Shown in pieces: positions 55,847-64,000 of a stretch of DNA of 64,000 nt. Under the pieces are notes generated by a model that was not told the origin of the DNA, made no database searches, and saw only the letters and a list, made by a program, of their open reading frames with translations. The stretch covers positions 32,123 through 96,122 of the forward strand of contig CAZCBE010000004.1 of the NCBI GenBank assembly GCA_964496695.1. Direction: 5' to 3'. The DNA comes from an uncultured Klebsiella sp. Its GTDB lineage: Bacteria > Verrucomicrobiota > Verrucomicrobiia > Limisphaerales > SXTU01. The position numbers and the translations under genes were made by a program. Every line of letters begins with the position of its first letter. The first letter of the stretch is position 1.

Positions 55847-56603
55847 TCGCCCACTCCTGCACCACCCGCCGCACGTCCTCGCCGACGCGGAGCCGGGGCT
55901 GCACAAACTTCGGCGTGAACCACGGGAACGCACCGAGCAGATCGGGCGTCACGAGGATTTGCCCGTCGCAGTCCGGGCCGGAGCCGATGCCGATGGTGGC
56001 GAAGGGAAACTGCGCGGTGATTTCCTTGGCGACCGGTGGCGTGACCAGTTCGAGCACGACAGCGAAAACGCCGGCTTCGGCGAGCGCGGTTGCGTCGTCG
56101 AGCAGCTTGGCGTGGCCGGCGTCGTCCTTGCCTTTGATGCGGTATTTGCCGCCTTCCTCCAGCACATGCTGCGGCAACATGCCGACATGGCCCATGAAGG
56201 GAATGCCCGCGGCGTGGATCGCACGAATCTGAGGGAGAATGTCGCGTCCGCCCTCAGCCTTCACGGCCTCCGCCCCTGCGGCGACGAGTCGCTGTGCGCT
56301 GGCAACTGCTTGTTCCAGGGTTTCGTAACTACGATAGGGCAGGTCGCCAATGAGGAGTGCGCGTGGCTTTGCTCGGGCGGCGGCGCGAACGTGATGCTCC
56401 ATCTCTGCGAGCGTGACGTGGGTGGTGTCCGGATAGCCGAGCACGACCATGCCGAGGGAATCGCCGACCAGGATGATGGGAATGCCCGCTTCGTCCAGCA
56501 GGCGGGTCATCGGGTAGTCGTAGGCGGTCAGCGAGGCGATGCGCTGGCCGGCGGCCTTCATGGCGCGAATGGTGTCCGGCGTGACTTTGGCGGTGGCGTC
56601 CAC
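55836..56603 (-). CDS. panB: 3-methyl-2-oxobutanoate hydroxymethyltransferase
   Basis: KVTPDTIRAMKAAGQRIASLTAYDYPMTRLLDEAGIPIILVGDSLGMVVLGYPDT...GIPFMGHVGMLPQ gives a full PanB match. Confidence 0.9.
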   Translation of the reverse strand: MDATAKVTPDTIRAMKAAGQRIASLTAYDYPMTRLLDEAGIPIILVGDSLGMVVLGYPDTTHVTLAEMEHHVRAAARAKPRALLIGDLPYRSYETLEQAVASAQRLVAAGAEAVKAEGGRDILPQIRAIHAAGIPFMGHVGMLPQHVLEEGGKYRIKGKDDAGHAKLLDDATALAEAGVFAVVLELVTPPVAKEITAQFPFATIGIGSGPDCDGQILVTPDLLGAFPWFTPKFVQPRLRVGEDVRRVVQEWANDL

Positions 56604-56778
56604 GGGCAGAGGATTCCGTCACCCACGCGAAGGGACAAGGCGAAACCAAGTGGCGGCAGGCGTCCCGCCCGGCGGAGGTGGCGTGCGATGCGGAAGGAAC
56701 GTCCGAGACTTCGCGGCATTCTTCCGGGCGGCAAGATGCCGCCCTCTACGGCAGGCAGGATGCCTGCCGCCACCGGGG

Positions 56779-58257
56779 TCACGGCAGTTCCGTCTTGCCC
56801 ATCAGGTAGCGGTCGCACTCGCGCGCAGCGCCGCGGCCTTCGTTGAAGGCCCACACCACGAGGCTCTGGCCCCGGCGGCAGTCGCCGGCGGCGAAGACGT
56901 TCGGGAGGCTGGTCTGGAACTTGCCGTGGTCGGCCTTCACGTTGGAACGCGGGTCGCGCTCGACGCCGATGGCGTCCAGCAGCGGCTGTTCCGGTCCGAG
57001 AAAGCCCATGGCCAGCAGGACGAGCTGCGCAGGAACCACGCGCTCCGTGCCGGGGACGTTCTTCGGGATGAACTGGTCCTTGTCGTTCTTGGTCCACTCG
57101 ATGTTCACGAGGTGGACGGCCTTGACGTTGCCCTGGCCATCGTCCTCGAATTTGGTGGCGGTGGTGAGGTAGATGCGCGGGTCATCGCCGAACTTCTCCT
57201 TCGCCTCTTCCTGGCCGTAGTCGAGCTTGTAGGTCTTGGGCCATTCGGGCCAGGGGTTGTCCTTGGCGCGGTCCAGCGGCGGCTTGGGCAGGATTTCCAC
57301 CTGCACGAGGCTCTTGCAGCCGTGGCGCATGGAGGTGCCCACGCAGTCGGTGCCGGTATCCCCACCGCCGATGACGATGACATCCTTGCCCGCCGCACTG
57401 ATGGGAGCGGATTTGCCATCCAGCAGCGCCTTGGTGTTGCTGTGCAGAAACTCCATGGCGAAGTGAACGCCCTTGAGCGCGCGGCCCTCGATGGGCAGGT
57501 CGCGCGGCTTGGTCGCGCCGGTGCAGATCACGACGGCGTCGAAGTCGTCCATGAGCTGCTTGGAGGTCACGTCCTTGCCGACCTCGCAGTTGCAGACGAA
57601 CTTAATGCCCTCGTCTTCCATCAGCTTGATGCGGCGCATCACGACCTCGTTCTTGTCGAGCTTCATGTTGGGGATGCCATACATGAGCAGGCCGCCGGGA
57701 CGGTCCGCACGCTCGAAGACGATCACGCGATGGCCGACCTTGTTGAGCTGGGCGGCGGCACTGAGGCCGGCGGGACCGGAGCCGACGACGGCGACCTTCT
57801 TGCCGGTGCGCTTCGCGGGCGGCTCGGGCTTGACCCAGCCGTTTTCCCAGCCGTGGTCAATGATGCTGCACTCGATGTTCTTGATGGTGACGGGCGGGGA
57901 GCTGATGCCGAGCACGCACGAACCCTCGCACGGGGCAGGGCAGACGCGGCCGGTGAACTCGGGGAAGTTGTTCGTCTTGTGCAGGCGTTCGAGCGCCTCC
58001 TGCCAGAGGCCGCGATAGACGAGGTCGTTCCACTCCGGGATGAGGTTGTTGATGGGGCAGCCGCTGGCCATGCCGCTGATGAGCTGGCCGGTGTGGCAAA
58101 AGGGCACGCCGCAATCCATGCAGCGCCCGCCCTGCTCGCGCAGTTTCGGCTCCGGCATGTGGTCGTGGAACTCGCGCCAGTCGGCGGTGCGCGCCAGTGG
58201 CGAGCGGTCAGCGGGGAGTTCGCGGTTGAATTCGAGGAATCCGGTGGGTTTGCCCAT
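56779..58257 (-). CDS. gltD: glutamate synthase (NADPH) small subunit
   Basis: N-terminal Fe-S cysteine cluster ([10 protein letters not shown]...[10 protein letters not shown]), FAD/NAD Rossmann motifs ([24 protein letters not shown]), and [14 protein letters not shown]. Confidence 0.9.
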   Translation of the reverse strand: MGKPTGFLEFNRELPADRSPLARTADWREFHDHMPEPKLREQGGRCMDCGVPFCHTGQLISGMASGCPINNLIPEWNDLVYRGLWQEALERLHKTNNFPEFTGRVCPAPCEGSCVLGISSPPVTIKNIECSIIDHGWENGWVKPEPPAKRTGKKVAVVGSGPAGLSAAAQLNKVGHRVIVFERADRPGGLLMYGIPNMKLDKNEVVMRRIKLMEDEGIKFVCNCEVGKDVTSKQLMDDFDAVVICTGATKPRDLPIEGRALKGVHFAMEFLHSNTKALLDGKSAPISAAGKDVIVIGGGDTGTDCVGTSMRHGCKSLVQVEILPKPPLDRAKDNPWPEWPKTYKLDYGQEEAKEKFGDDPRIYLTTATKFEDDGQGNVKAVHLVNIEWTKNDKDQFIPKNVPGTERVVPAQLVLLAMGFLGPEQPLLDAIGVERDPRSNVKADHGKFQTSLPNVFAAGDCRRGQSLVVWAFNEGRGAARECDRYLMGKTELP

Positions 58258-58296
58258 GTCAGTGTTGTGCTTGCGGTGAAACTCGGAAGGTCTGCC

Positions 58297-58390
58297 TAAA
58301 CGCAGAGGCGCAGAGGACGCGGAGAGACGCAGAGGAAGAATTGATTTCTCTCTCTGCGCTTCTCTGCGATCTTTGCGTCTCTGCGTTTAA
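58297..58390. repeat. ~93-bp palindromic GCAGAGG/CCTCTGC repeat element (left copy), flanking the GxxExxY gene
   Basis: taaacgcagaggcgcagaggacgcggagagacgcagagg...tctctgcgcttctctgcgatctttgcgtctctgcgtttaa. It is near-perfectly self-complementary and directly repeated at 58845-58937. Confidence 0.7.
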
Positions 58391-58407
58391 GTTAGTCACG
58401 ATGGGTG

Positions 58408-58827
58408 CTAGAGCTTGAATGGTGGTAGCGGGGTGGACATGGGTGGCGCATCCAGTTTGTTCACTACGCGAGCGATGCCATTCTTCAGGACAAGTTCGTG
58501 GAAGTTGATGATGAGGCCCAGTCGCAATTCGCAAAGACGGAGATAGCTCAGGAGCTTGGCACGGTCGAGGGGCGTCACCTCCTCCTTGGCTTTCAAATCC
58601 AAGATGACCCGCTGTTCCACCAGCAGGTCGAGTTTCAACGGCACACCAAGCTTCACGCTTTTGTAAGCGATGGGCACGAGCTTCTGCCGTTCGAAGACGA
58701 TGCCGCGCAAGCTGAACTCGTAGCGCAGCGCCTCTTCATATATCTGCTCCACCAAGCCCGGGCCGAAGAACCGGTGAACTTCGATGGCTGCGCCGATAAT
58801 GCGCTCAGAAATCTCGTTCTCGGTCAT
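58408..58827 (-). CDS. GxxExxY-family protein (PD-(D/E)XK-like fold), inserted between gltD and gltB
   Basis: MTENEISERIIGAAIEVHRFFGPGLVEQIYEEAL contains the G-x-x-E-x-x-Y signature (GLVEQIY). 139 aa. GC content is lower than the flanking glt genes. Confidence 0.8.
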   Translation of the reverse strand: MTENEISERIIGAAIEVHRFFGPGLVEQIYEEALRYEFSLRGIVFERQKLVPIAYKSVKLGVPLKLDLLVEQRVILDLKAKEEVTPLDRAKLLSYLRLCELRLGLIINFHELVLKNGIARVVNKLDAPPMSTPLPPFKL

Positions 58828-58844
58828 GAGGACGGGTTCTCCTT

Positions 58845-58937
58845 AATGCAGAGGCGCAGAGGACGCGGCGTTGGACAGAGAGAAAAATCCAACAGAGCTG
58901 CTTTGCGAATCTCTGCGCTCTCTGCGTCTCTGCGTTG
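58845..58937. repeat. ~93-bp palindromic GCAGAGG/CCTCTGC repeat element (right copy)
   Basis: aatgcagaggcgcagaggacgcggcgttggacagagagaaaaatccaacagagctgctttgcgaatctctgcgctctctgcgtctctgcgttgaa. It shares its ends with the left copy. Confidence 0.7.
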
Positions 58938-58955
58938 AATGGAACTGCCCATACT

Positions 58956-61900
58956 TCAACCACCACCCACGCGTGCGGCGTCCTTGGAGTTTTCTTCGAA
59001 GGCGGCATTGAGCGCGTCGTCGCCGGTGAGGCCGGCGGCCTGCGCCTTCTTGATGGCTTGCAGCACGCGCTTGTAGTCTTTCGGCATGACCTTCACGAAC
59101 TTCGGCACGTTGGCATTCCAGAGCGCGAGCACGTTGCGGCCCTTCTCGGAGCCGGTGTAAAGGATGTGCTTCTCGATCATCGTGCGCACTTCGGCAATCT
59201 CCTCGAGGTCCTCCAGCTTTTCCAGCCCGACCATCTGCTTGTTGCAGTTGCGGGCGAAGGTGCCGTCCTCGTCGAGCACGTAGGCGACGCCGCCGGACAT
59301 GCCGGCGGCGAAGTTGCGCCCCGTCTTGCCCAGCACGATGACCGTGCCGCCGGTCATGTATTCGCACCCGTGGTCGCCCACGGATTCGACGACCGTCTTG
59401 ACGCCGGAGTTGCGGACGCCGAAGCGCTCGCCGGCCATGCCGCGGAAGTAAGCCTCGCCGGCGGTCGCACCGTAGAGCGCGACGTTGCCGATGATCATGT
59501 TCTCCTCGGCACGGAAGGTGGAGCCGCCGTGCGGGTAGATGATGAGCTTGCCGCCGGAGAGGCCCTTGCCGCAGTAGTCGTTCGCATCGCCTTCCAGGCG
59601 GATGGTCACGCCCGGCGGGACGAATGCGCCGAGGCTCTGGCCGGCGGAGCCCTTGAAGTGCAGTTGCACCGTGTCCTCGGGCAGACCGGCGGCCCCGTGG
59701 CGGCGGGTGATCTCGTTGCCGAGAATCGTGCCGACCACGCGGTTGATATTCCGGATGGGCAACTGGACAACGACCTTTTCCTTGCGGTCAATGGCCGGTT
59801 TGCAGGCCTCCAGCAGGTGCATCACGTCAATGGACTTGTCCAGGCCGTGATCCTGCTCCATCTGGCAGAAGCGGCCCACGCCGTCGGCCACGTCGGGCGC
59901 GTGCAGGATGCTCGAGAGGTCCAGACCGCACGCCTTCCAGTGGTCGGCGGCCTTGCGGGCTTCGAGCCGCTCCACGCGGCCCACCATGTCGGTGATCTTG
60001 CGGAAGCCGAGCTGGGCCATGATCTCGCGCACTTCCTGCGCGATGAAGGTCATGAAGTTGACCGCGTCCTCGGGCTTGCCGGGGAACAGGCTGCGCAGCT
60101 TCGGATTCTGCGTGGCCACGCCGACCGGGCAGGTGTTCAGGTGGCAGACGCGCATCATGATGCAGCCCATCGCCACCAGCGGGGCGGTGGCGAAGCCGAA
60201 CTCCTCTGCGCCGAGCAGGGCGGCCATGACGACGTCGCGACCGGTCTTCAACTGGCCGTCCGTCTCGACCGCGATGCGCGAGCGCAGGTTGTTGAGCACG
60301 AGCGTCTGGTGGGTCTCAGCGAGACCGAGTTCCCACGGGATGCCCGCGTGCTTGATCGAGGTCTGCGGGGAGGCACCGGTGCCGCCGTCGAAGCCGGAGA
60401 TAAGCACCACGTCCGCGTGCGCCTTCGCGACACCGGCCGCGATGGTGCCGACGCCGACTTCCGCCACCAGCTTGACGCTGATGCGGGCGCGCCGGTTGGA
60501 GTTCTTCAGGTCGTGAATCAACTCCGCGAGGTCTTCAATGGAGTAGATGTCGTGGTGCGGCGGCGGGGAGATGAGGCCCACGCCAGGCGTCGAGTGACGG
60601 ACCTTTGCGACCCACGGATACACCTTGGTGCCGGGGAGCTGGCCGCCTTCACCGGGCTTCGCGCCCTGGGCCATCTTGATCTGCAGCTCGTTCGCGTGCG
60701 TGAGATAGAGGCTGGTGACGCCGAAGCGGCCGGAGGCGACCTGCTTGATGGCGCTGTTCTTCGAGTCGCCCTTGTCGTTGGTCCACGCGTAGCGCGCGGG
60801 GTCTTCGCCGCCTTCGCCGGTGTTGCTCTTGCCGCCGATGCGGTTCATCGCGATGGCGAGCGTCTCGTGCGCCTCGCCGGAGATGGAGCCGTAGCTCATC
60901 GCGCCGGATTTGAAGCGCTTCATGATGCTCTCGACCGACTCGACCTCCTCGATGGGGATCGCGGTCGCGGGCTTGAACTCCAGCAGGCCGCGCAAGGTGT
61001 AGATGTCTTTGAGCTGGGTGTTCACCAGCGCGGAATACTCCTTGAAGGTCTTGTAATCCGCGTTGCGGACGGCCTTCTGGAGCTTGTGGACGGTCTGCGG
61101 GTTGAAGAGGTGTAGTTCGCCGTCCGCGCGCCATTGATACTGGCCGCCCACTTCGAGCGTGTGGCCATTCACAGGCCGGTCGGGGAAGGCACGCTCGTGC
61201 CGGCTGAGAACTTCCTTGGCGATGTCTTCGATGCTGATGCCGGCGACACGCGAGGCGGTCCAGGTGAAATACTTGTCAATCACCGCATCGCTCAGGCCGA
61301 TGGCCTCGAAGATTTGCGCGCCGCGATAGCTCTGGATGGTGCTGATGCCCATCTTGGAGGCGACCTTCACGACGCCCTTCACGGCGGACTTGGTGAAATT
61401 CTTGACGGCCGTCTTGTGGTCCACGCCGACGAGCAGGCCCTGGCGGATCATGTCGTCGAGCGTCTCGTAGGCGAGATAGGGGTTGATCGCGCCGCAGCCG
61501 TAGCCGATGAGCAGCGAGAAGTGATGCACTTCGCGCGGTTCGCCGGACTCCAGCACGAGCCCCACGCGCGTGCGCGTGCCCTCGCGGATGAGGTGGTGAT
61601 GCACGCCCGCCACTGCGAGCAGGGCAGGGATGGGGGCGTTCTCCGAGTTCACGCCGCGGTCGGACAGGATGATGATGTTCGCCCCGTCCTTGATGGCCTT
61701 CGTCGCGGCCTCGCACAGTTCGTCCATGGCCTTTTCCAGCCCGCCGGGGCCTTCGGAGGCCTTGAAGAGCGTGGGCAGCGTGGCCGACTTGAAGTGCGGG
61801 TGGTTGAGATGCTTGAGCTTGGCGAACTCCTCGTTGCTGAGGATGGGCTGCTTCAGCTCGATGAGCCGGCAGCTTTCCGGTTCGGGCTTGAGCAGGTTGC

Positions 61901-63584
61901 GCTCGGAGCCGATGGTCGTCTCGGCCGAGGTGACGATTTCCTCGCGGATGCAGTCAATCGGCGGGTTCGTGACCTGCGCGAAGAGCTGCTTGAAGTAGCT
62001 GTAGAGCAACTGCGGGCGCTGCGAGAGCACCGCGATGGGCGTGTCCGTGCCCATCGAGCCGACGGCTTCGACGCCATCGCGCGCCATGGGAACCATGAGC
62101 ATGCGCAGGTCCTCGAAGGTATAGCCAAACGCGGACTGGCGGTGCAGCACGGTGTCGTGATCGGGCTCCGGCAGGTGCGGCGCGTCGGGCAGCTTGTCCA
62201 GCTCCACCATGTGGTCGTTGATCCACTGGCGGTAAGGCTGGGACTTGCAGATGGCTTCCTTGATCTCCTCGTCGGCCACGATGCGGCCCAGCGAGGTGTC
62301 CACCAAGAACATGCGGCCCGGCTGCAGGCGGCCCTTCTGGAGCACGCGGTCCGGGGCGATGTCCAGCACGCCGACTTCTGACGCCATGATGACGAGGTCA
62401 TCCTTGGTGACGTAGTAGCGCGAGGGGCGGAGGCCGTTGCGGTCCAGGCACGCGCCGATCTGCACGCCATCGGTGAACGCCACCGACGCGGGCCCATCCC
62501 ACGGCTCCATGAGGCAGGAGTGGTATTCGTAGAAGGCCTTGCGCTCGTCGCTCATGGACTCGTGATTGGTCCACGGCTCCGGGATCATCATCATCATCGC
62601 GTGCGTGAGCGGCCGGCCGGCGAGGTAGAGGATCTCCAGGCAGTTGTCGAACATCGCCGAGTCAGACCCGGTCTGGTTGATGATCGGGAAGATCTTCTTG
62701 ATGTCCTTGCCGAAGAGTTCGCTCTCGAACATGGACTGGCGCGCGTGCATCCAGTTGATGTTGCCCCGCAGCGTGTTGATCTCGCCGTTGTGGGCGATGT
62801 AGCGGTAGGGGTGCGAGCGCTCCCAGCTTGGGAAGGTGTTCGTCGAGAAACGTGAGTGGACGAGGGCCAGGGCGGACTCCATGTCCGCGTCCCGCAGTTC
62901 GGGGTAATACTGGTCCACCTGTGCCGGCATGAGCATGCCTTTGTAAACGACCGTCCGGCACGAGACGCTCGGCATATACCACTCCTGCGTGCCGCGCACG
63001 CCGGAGTTGCGGATCTCGTTCAGCGCGCGCTTGCGGATGACGTAGAGCTTCCGCTCGAAGGCCAGTTCATCCTTCGCCTTGCGCACGTTGCGCTCGATGA
63101 AGCACTGGCGCACAAACGGCTCGGTGGCGACCGCCGTGGGTCCGAGGGAGGAACTGTCGGTCGGCACATCGCGCCAGCCGAGGACCGAGTGGCCCTCTTC
63201 GCGCACCACGCGCTCGAAGGTGCGCTCGCAGTGGTGCCGGTCTTCCTCGTCCTTCGGCATGTAGATCATCGCCACGCCGTAGCGGCCGGGGGCGGGGAGG
63301 GTGAAGCCGTTTTCCTTCGCGGCCTTGGTGAAAAACTTGTGCGGGAGCTGGATGAGGATGCCCGCGCCGTCACCAGTGTTGGGTTCGCACCCGCAGGCGC
63401 CGCGATGGTCCAGGTTGATGAGGATCTGGATGCCCTGCTGGACGACCTCGTGGGACTTCTTGCCCTTCATGTTCACGACGAACCCGACGCCGCAGGCGTC
63501 GTGCTCGAACTGCGGGTCATACAATCCCTGCTTGGGCGGCAATCCCTGCCACCGCGCTTGCGTGCTCATTTTGTTTTCGTTCAT
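58956..63584 (-). CDS. gltB: glutamate synthase (NADPH) large subunit
   Basis: ATG at 63584 ([12 protein letters not shown]...[17 protein letters not shown] = N-terminal amidotransferase nucleophile Cys). Full-length (about 1540 aa), with FMN and GXGXG domain blocks. The upstream in-frame extension is discarded. Confidence 0.9.
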   Translation of the reverse strand: MNENKMSTQARWQGLPPKQGLYDPQFEHDACGVGFVVNMKGKKSHEVVQQGIQILINLDHRGACGCEPNTGDGAGILIQLPHKFFTKAAKENGFTLPAPGRYGVAMIYMPKDEEDRHHCERTFERVVREEGHSVLGWRDVPTDSSSLGPTAVATEPFVRQCFIERNVRKAKDELAFERKLYVIRKRALNEIRNSGVRGTQEWYMPSVSCRTVVYKGMLMPAQVDQYYPELRDADMESALALVHSRFSTNTFPSWERSHPYRYIAHNGEINTLRGNINWMHARQSMFESELFGKDIKKIFPIINQTGSDSAMFDNCLEILYLAGRPLTHAMMMMIPEPWTNHESMSDERKAFYEYHSCLMEPWDGPASVAFTDGVQIGACLDRNGLRPSRYYVTKDDLVIMASEVGVLDIAPDRVLQKGRLQPGRMFLVDTSLGRIVADEEIKEAICKSQPYRQWINDHMVELDKLPDAPHLPEPDHDTVLHRQSAFGYTFEDLRMLMVPMARDGVEAVGSMGTDTPIAVLSQRPQLLYSYFKQLFAQVTNPPIDCIREEIVTSAETTIGSERNLLKPEPESCRLIELKQPILSNEEFAKLKHLNHPHFKSATLPTLFKASEGPGGLEKAMDELCEAATKAIKDGANIIILSDRGVNSENAPIPALLAVAGVHHHLIREGTRTRVGLVLESGEPREVHHFSLLIGYGCGAINPYLAYETLDDMIRQGLLVGVDHKTAVKNFTKSAVKGVVKVASKMGISTIQSYRGAQIFEAIGLSDAVIDKYFTWTASRVAGISIEDIAKEVLSRHERAFPDRPVNGHTLEVGGQYQWRADGELHLFNPQTVHKLQKAVRNADYKTFKEYSALVNTQLKDIYTLRGLLEFKPATAIPIEEVESVESIMKRFKSGAMSYGSISGEAHETLAIAMNRIGGKSNTGEGGEDPARYAWTNDKGDSKNSAIKQVASGRFGVTSLYLTHANELQIKMAQGAKPGEGGQLPGTKVYPWVAKVRHSTPGVGLISPPPHHDIYSIEDLAELIHDLKNSNRRARISVKLVAEVGVGTIAAGVAKAHADVVLISGFDGGTGASPQTSIKHAGIPWELGLAETHQTLVLNNLRSRIAVETDGQLKTGRDVVMAALLGAEEFGFATAPLVAMGCIMMRVCHLNTCPVGVATQNPKLRSLFPGKPEDAVNFMTFIAQEVREIMAQLGFRKITDMVGRVERLEARKAADHWKACGLDLSSILHAPDVADGVGRFCQMEQDHGLDKSIDVMHLLEACKPAIDRKEKVVVQLPIRNINRVVGTILGNEITRRHGAAGLPEDTVQLHFKGSAGQSLGAFVPPGVTIRLEGDANDYCGKGLSGGKLIIYPHGGSTFRAEENMIIGNVALYGATAGEAYFRGMAGERFGVRNSGVKTVVESVGDHGCEYMTGGTVIVLGKTGRNFAAGMSGGVAYVLDEDGTFARNCNKQMVGLEKLEDLEEIAEVRTMIEKHILYTGSEKGRNVLALWNANVPKFVKVMPKDYKRVLQAIKKAQAAGLTGDDALNAAFEENSKDAARVGGG

Positions 63585-64000
63585 CGTCACTGGCTGCCGG
63601 TCAAGTGCCGGCATGGAAATCTGCCCGGGCTGTTGGAGAGGCTGGATCCGCCTGGTTGCGCCAAAAACGCGCCGCGACGGTAACAAACCACTTCGCGGGC
63701 GCAATCGCATTTTGCAATTGGCCCGTTGTCGCGCCCTTTTTCCCGGTTTGCGCCGTTCGATTCTGGCCGGTCAGCATCACTCAAAACCCAAACTGGGGTT
63801 AGTTAACAGACAACCGCCTCCCTGTAAAAAGTATTTACGCCTAATCTGAACAGGCCGCTGCGCAACGGCAACTTATCAGGTCGAAACGGGCGTGGAATCA
63901 CGAGGAAAAGCATCGCGAAAAGCGTTCCGTCCGGGCGTTCCCTGAAGCAACGAGGAAAGGGATTCCCAAGTGTGAAACGCCAGGCTCCGAGGCATGCCGA

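Noticed and set aside
55638-58299. Plus-strand ORFs (402 aa and 586 aa) opposite panB and gltD
   Set aside because: Antisense shadows. The minus-strand frames carry definitive PanB and GltD motifs.

Overview
This window looks like a GC-rich (~64-65% GC) chromosomal region of a Planctomycetes-Verrucomicrobia-type bacterium. That inference comes from the signature families present: DUF1501, DUF1080, a planctomycete cytochrome-c-domain protein, PQQ-like beta-propellers and a DUF11 protein. Most of the window is housekeeping or envelope genes. These are argS, metG, accD, fabF, der, moaC, panB, gltB/gltD, clpS, a ClpX-family unfoldase, a PhoR/PhoB-like two-component pair, and two further histidine-kinase operons. 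Four things stand out. (1) On the minus strand (24081-33085) there is a tightly coupled cassette of a long SPFH/flotillin protein, a small 3-TM protein, a 1,826-aa protein with a single AAA+ (AAA_5/MoxR-dynein-like) module, and a coiled-coil/Pro-rich protein. It is preceded by a palindrome-rich leader and has GGACA..TGTCC hairpin repeats just downstream. This is my best candidate for an undescribed system. (2) An AT-rich, apparently horizontally acquired solitary P-loop NTPase with KAP-like motifs (7325-8848) sits between two DUF1801 genes, one of which is frameshifted. (3) A lower-GC solitary pentapeptide-repeat-TIR fusion gene (50376-51596) is insulated by an intrinsic terminator. (4) A GxxExxY gene flanked by matching ~93-bp palindromic repeats sits exactly in the gltB-gltD spacer. 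Several repeat and palindrome elements are also noted: TGACCAA arrays upstream of fabF, nested inverted repeats in a 960-bp gene-free gap, and a GGACA-hairpin family around metG. I recognised no rRNA, tRNA or CRISPR array. All calls come from reading the six-frame track and the raw sequence by eye, and no searches were run.
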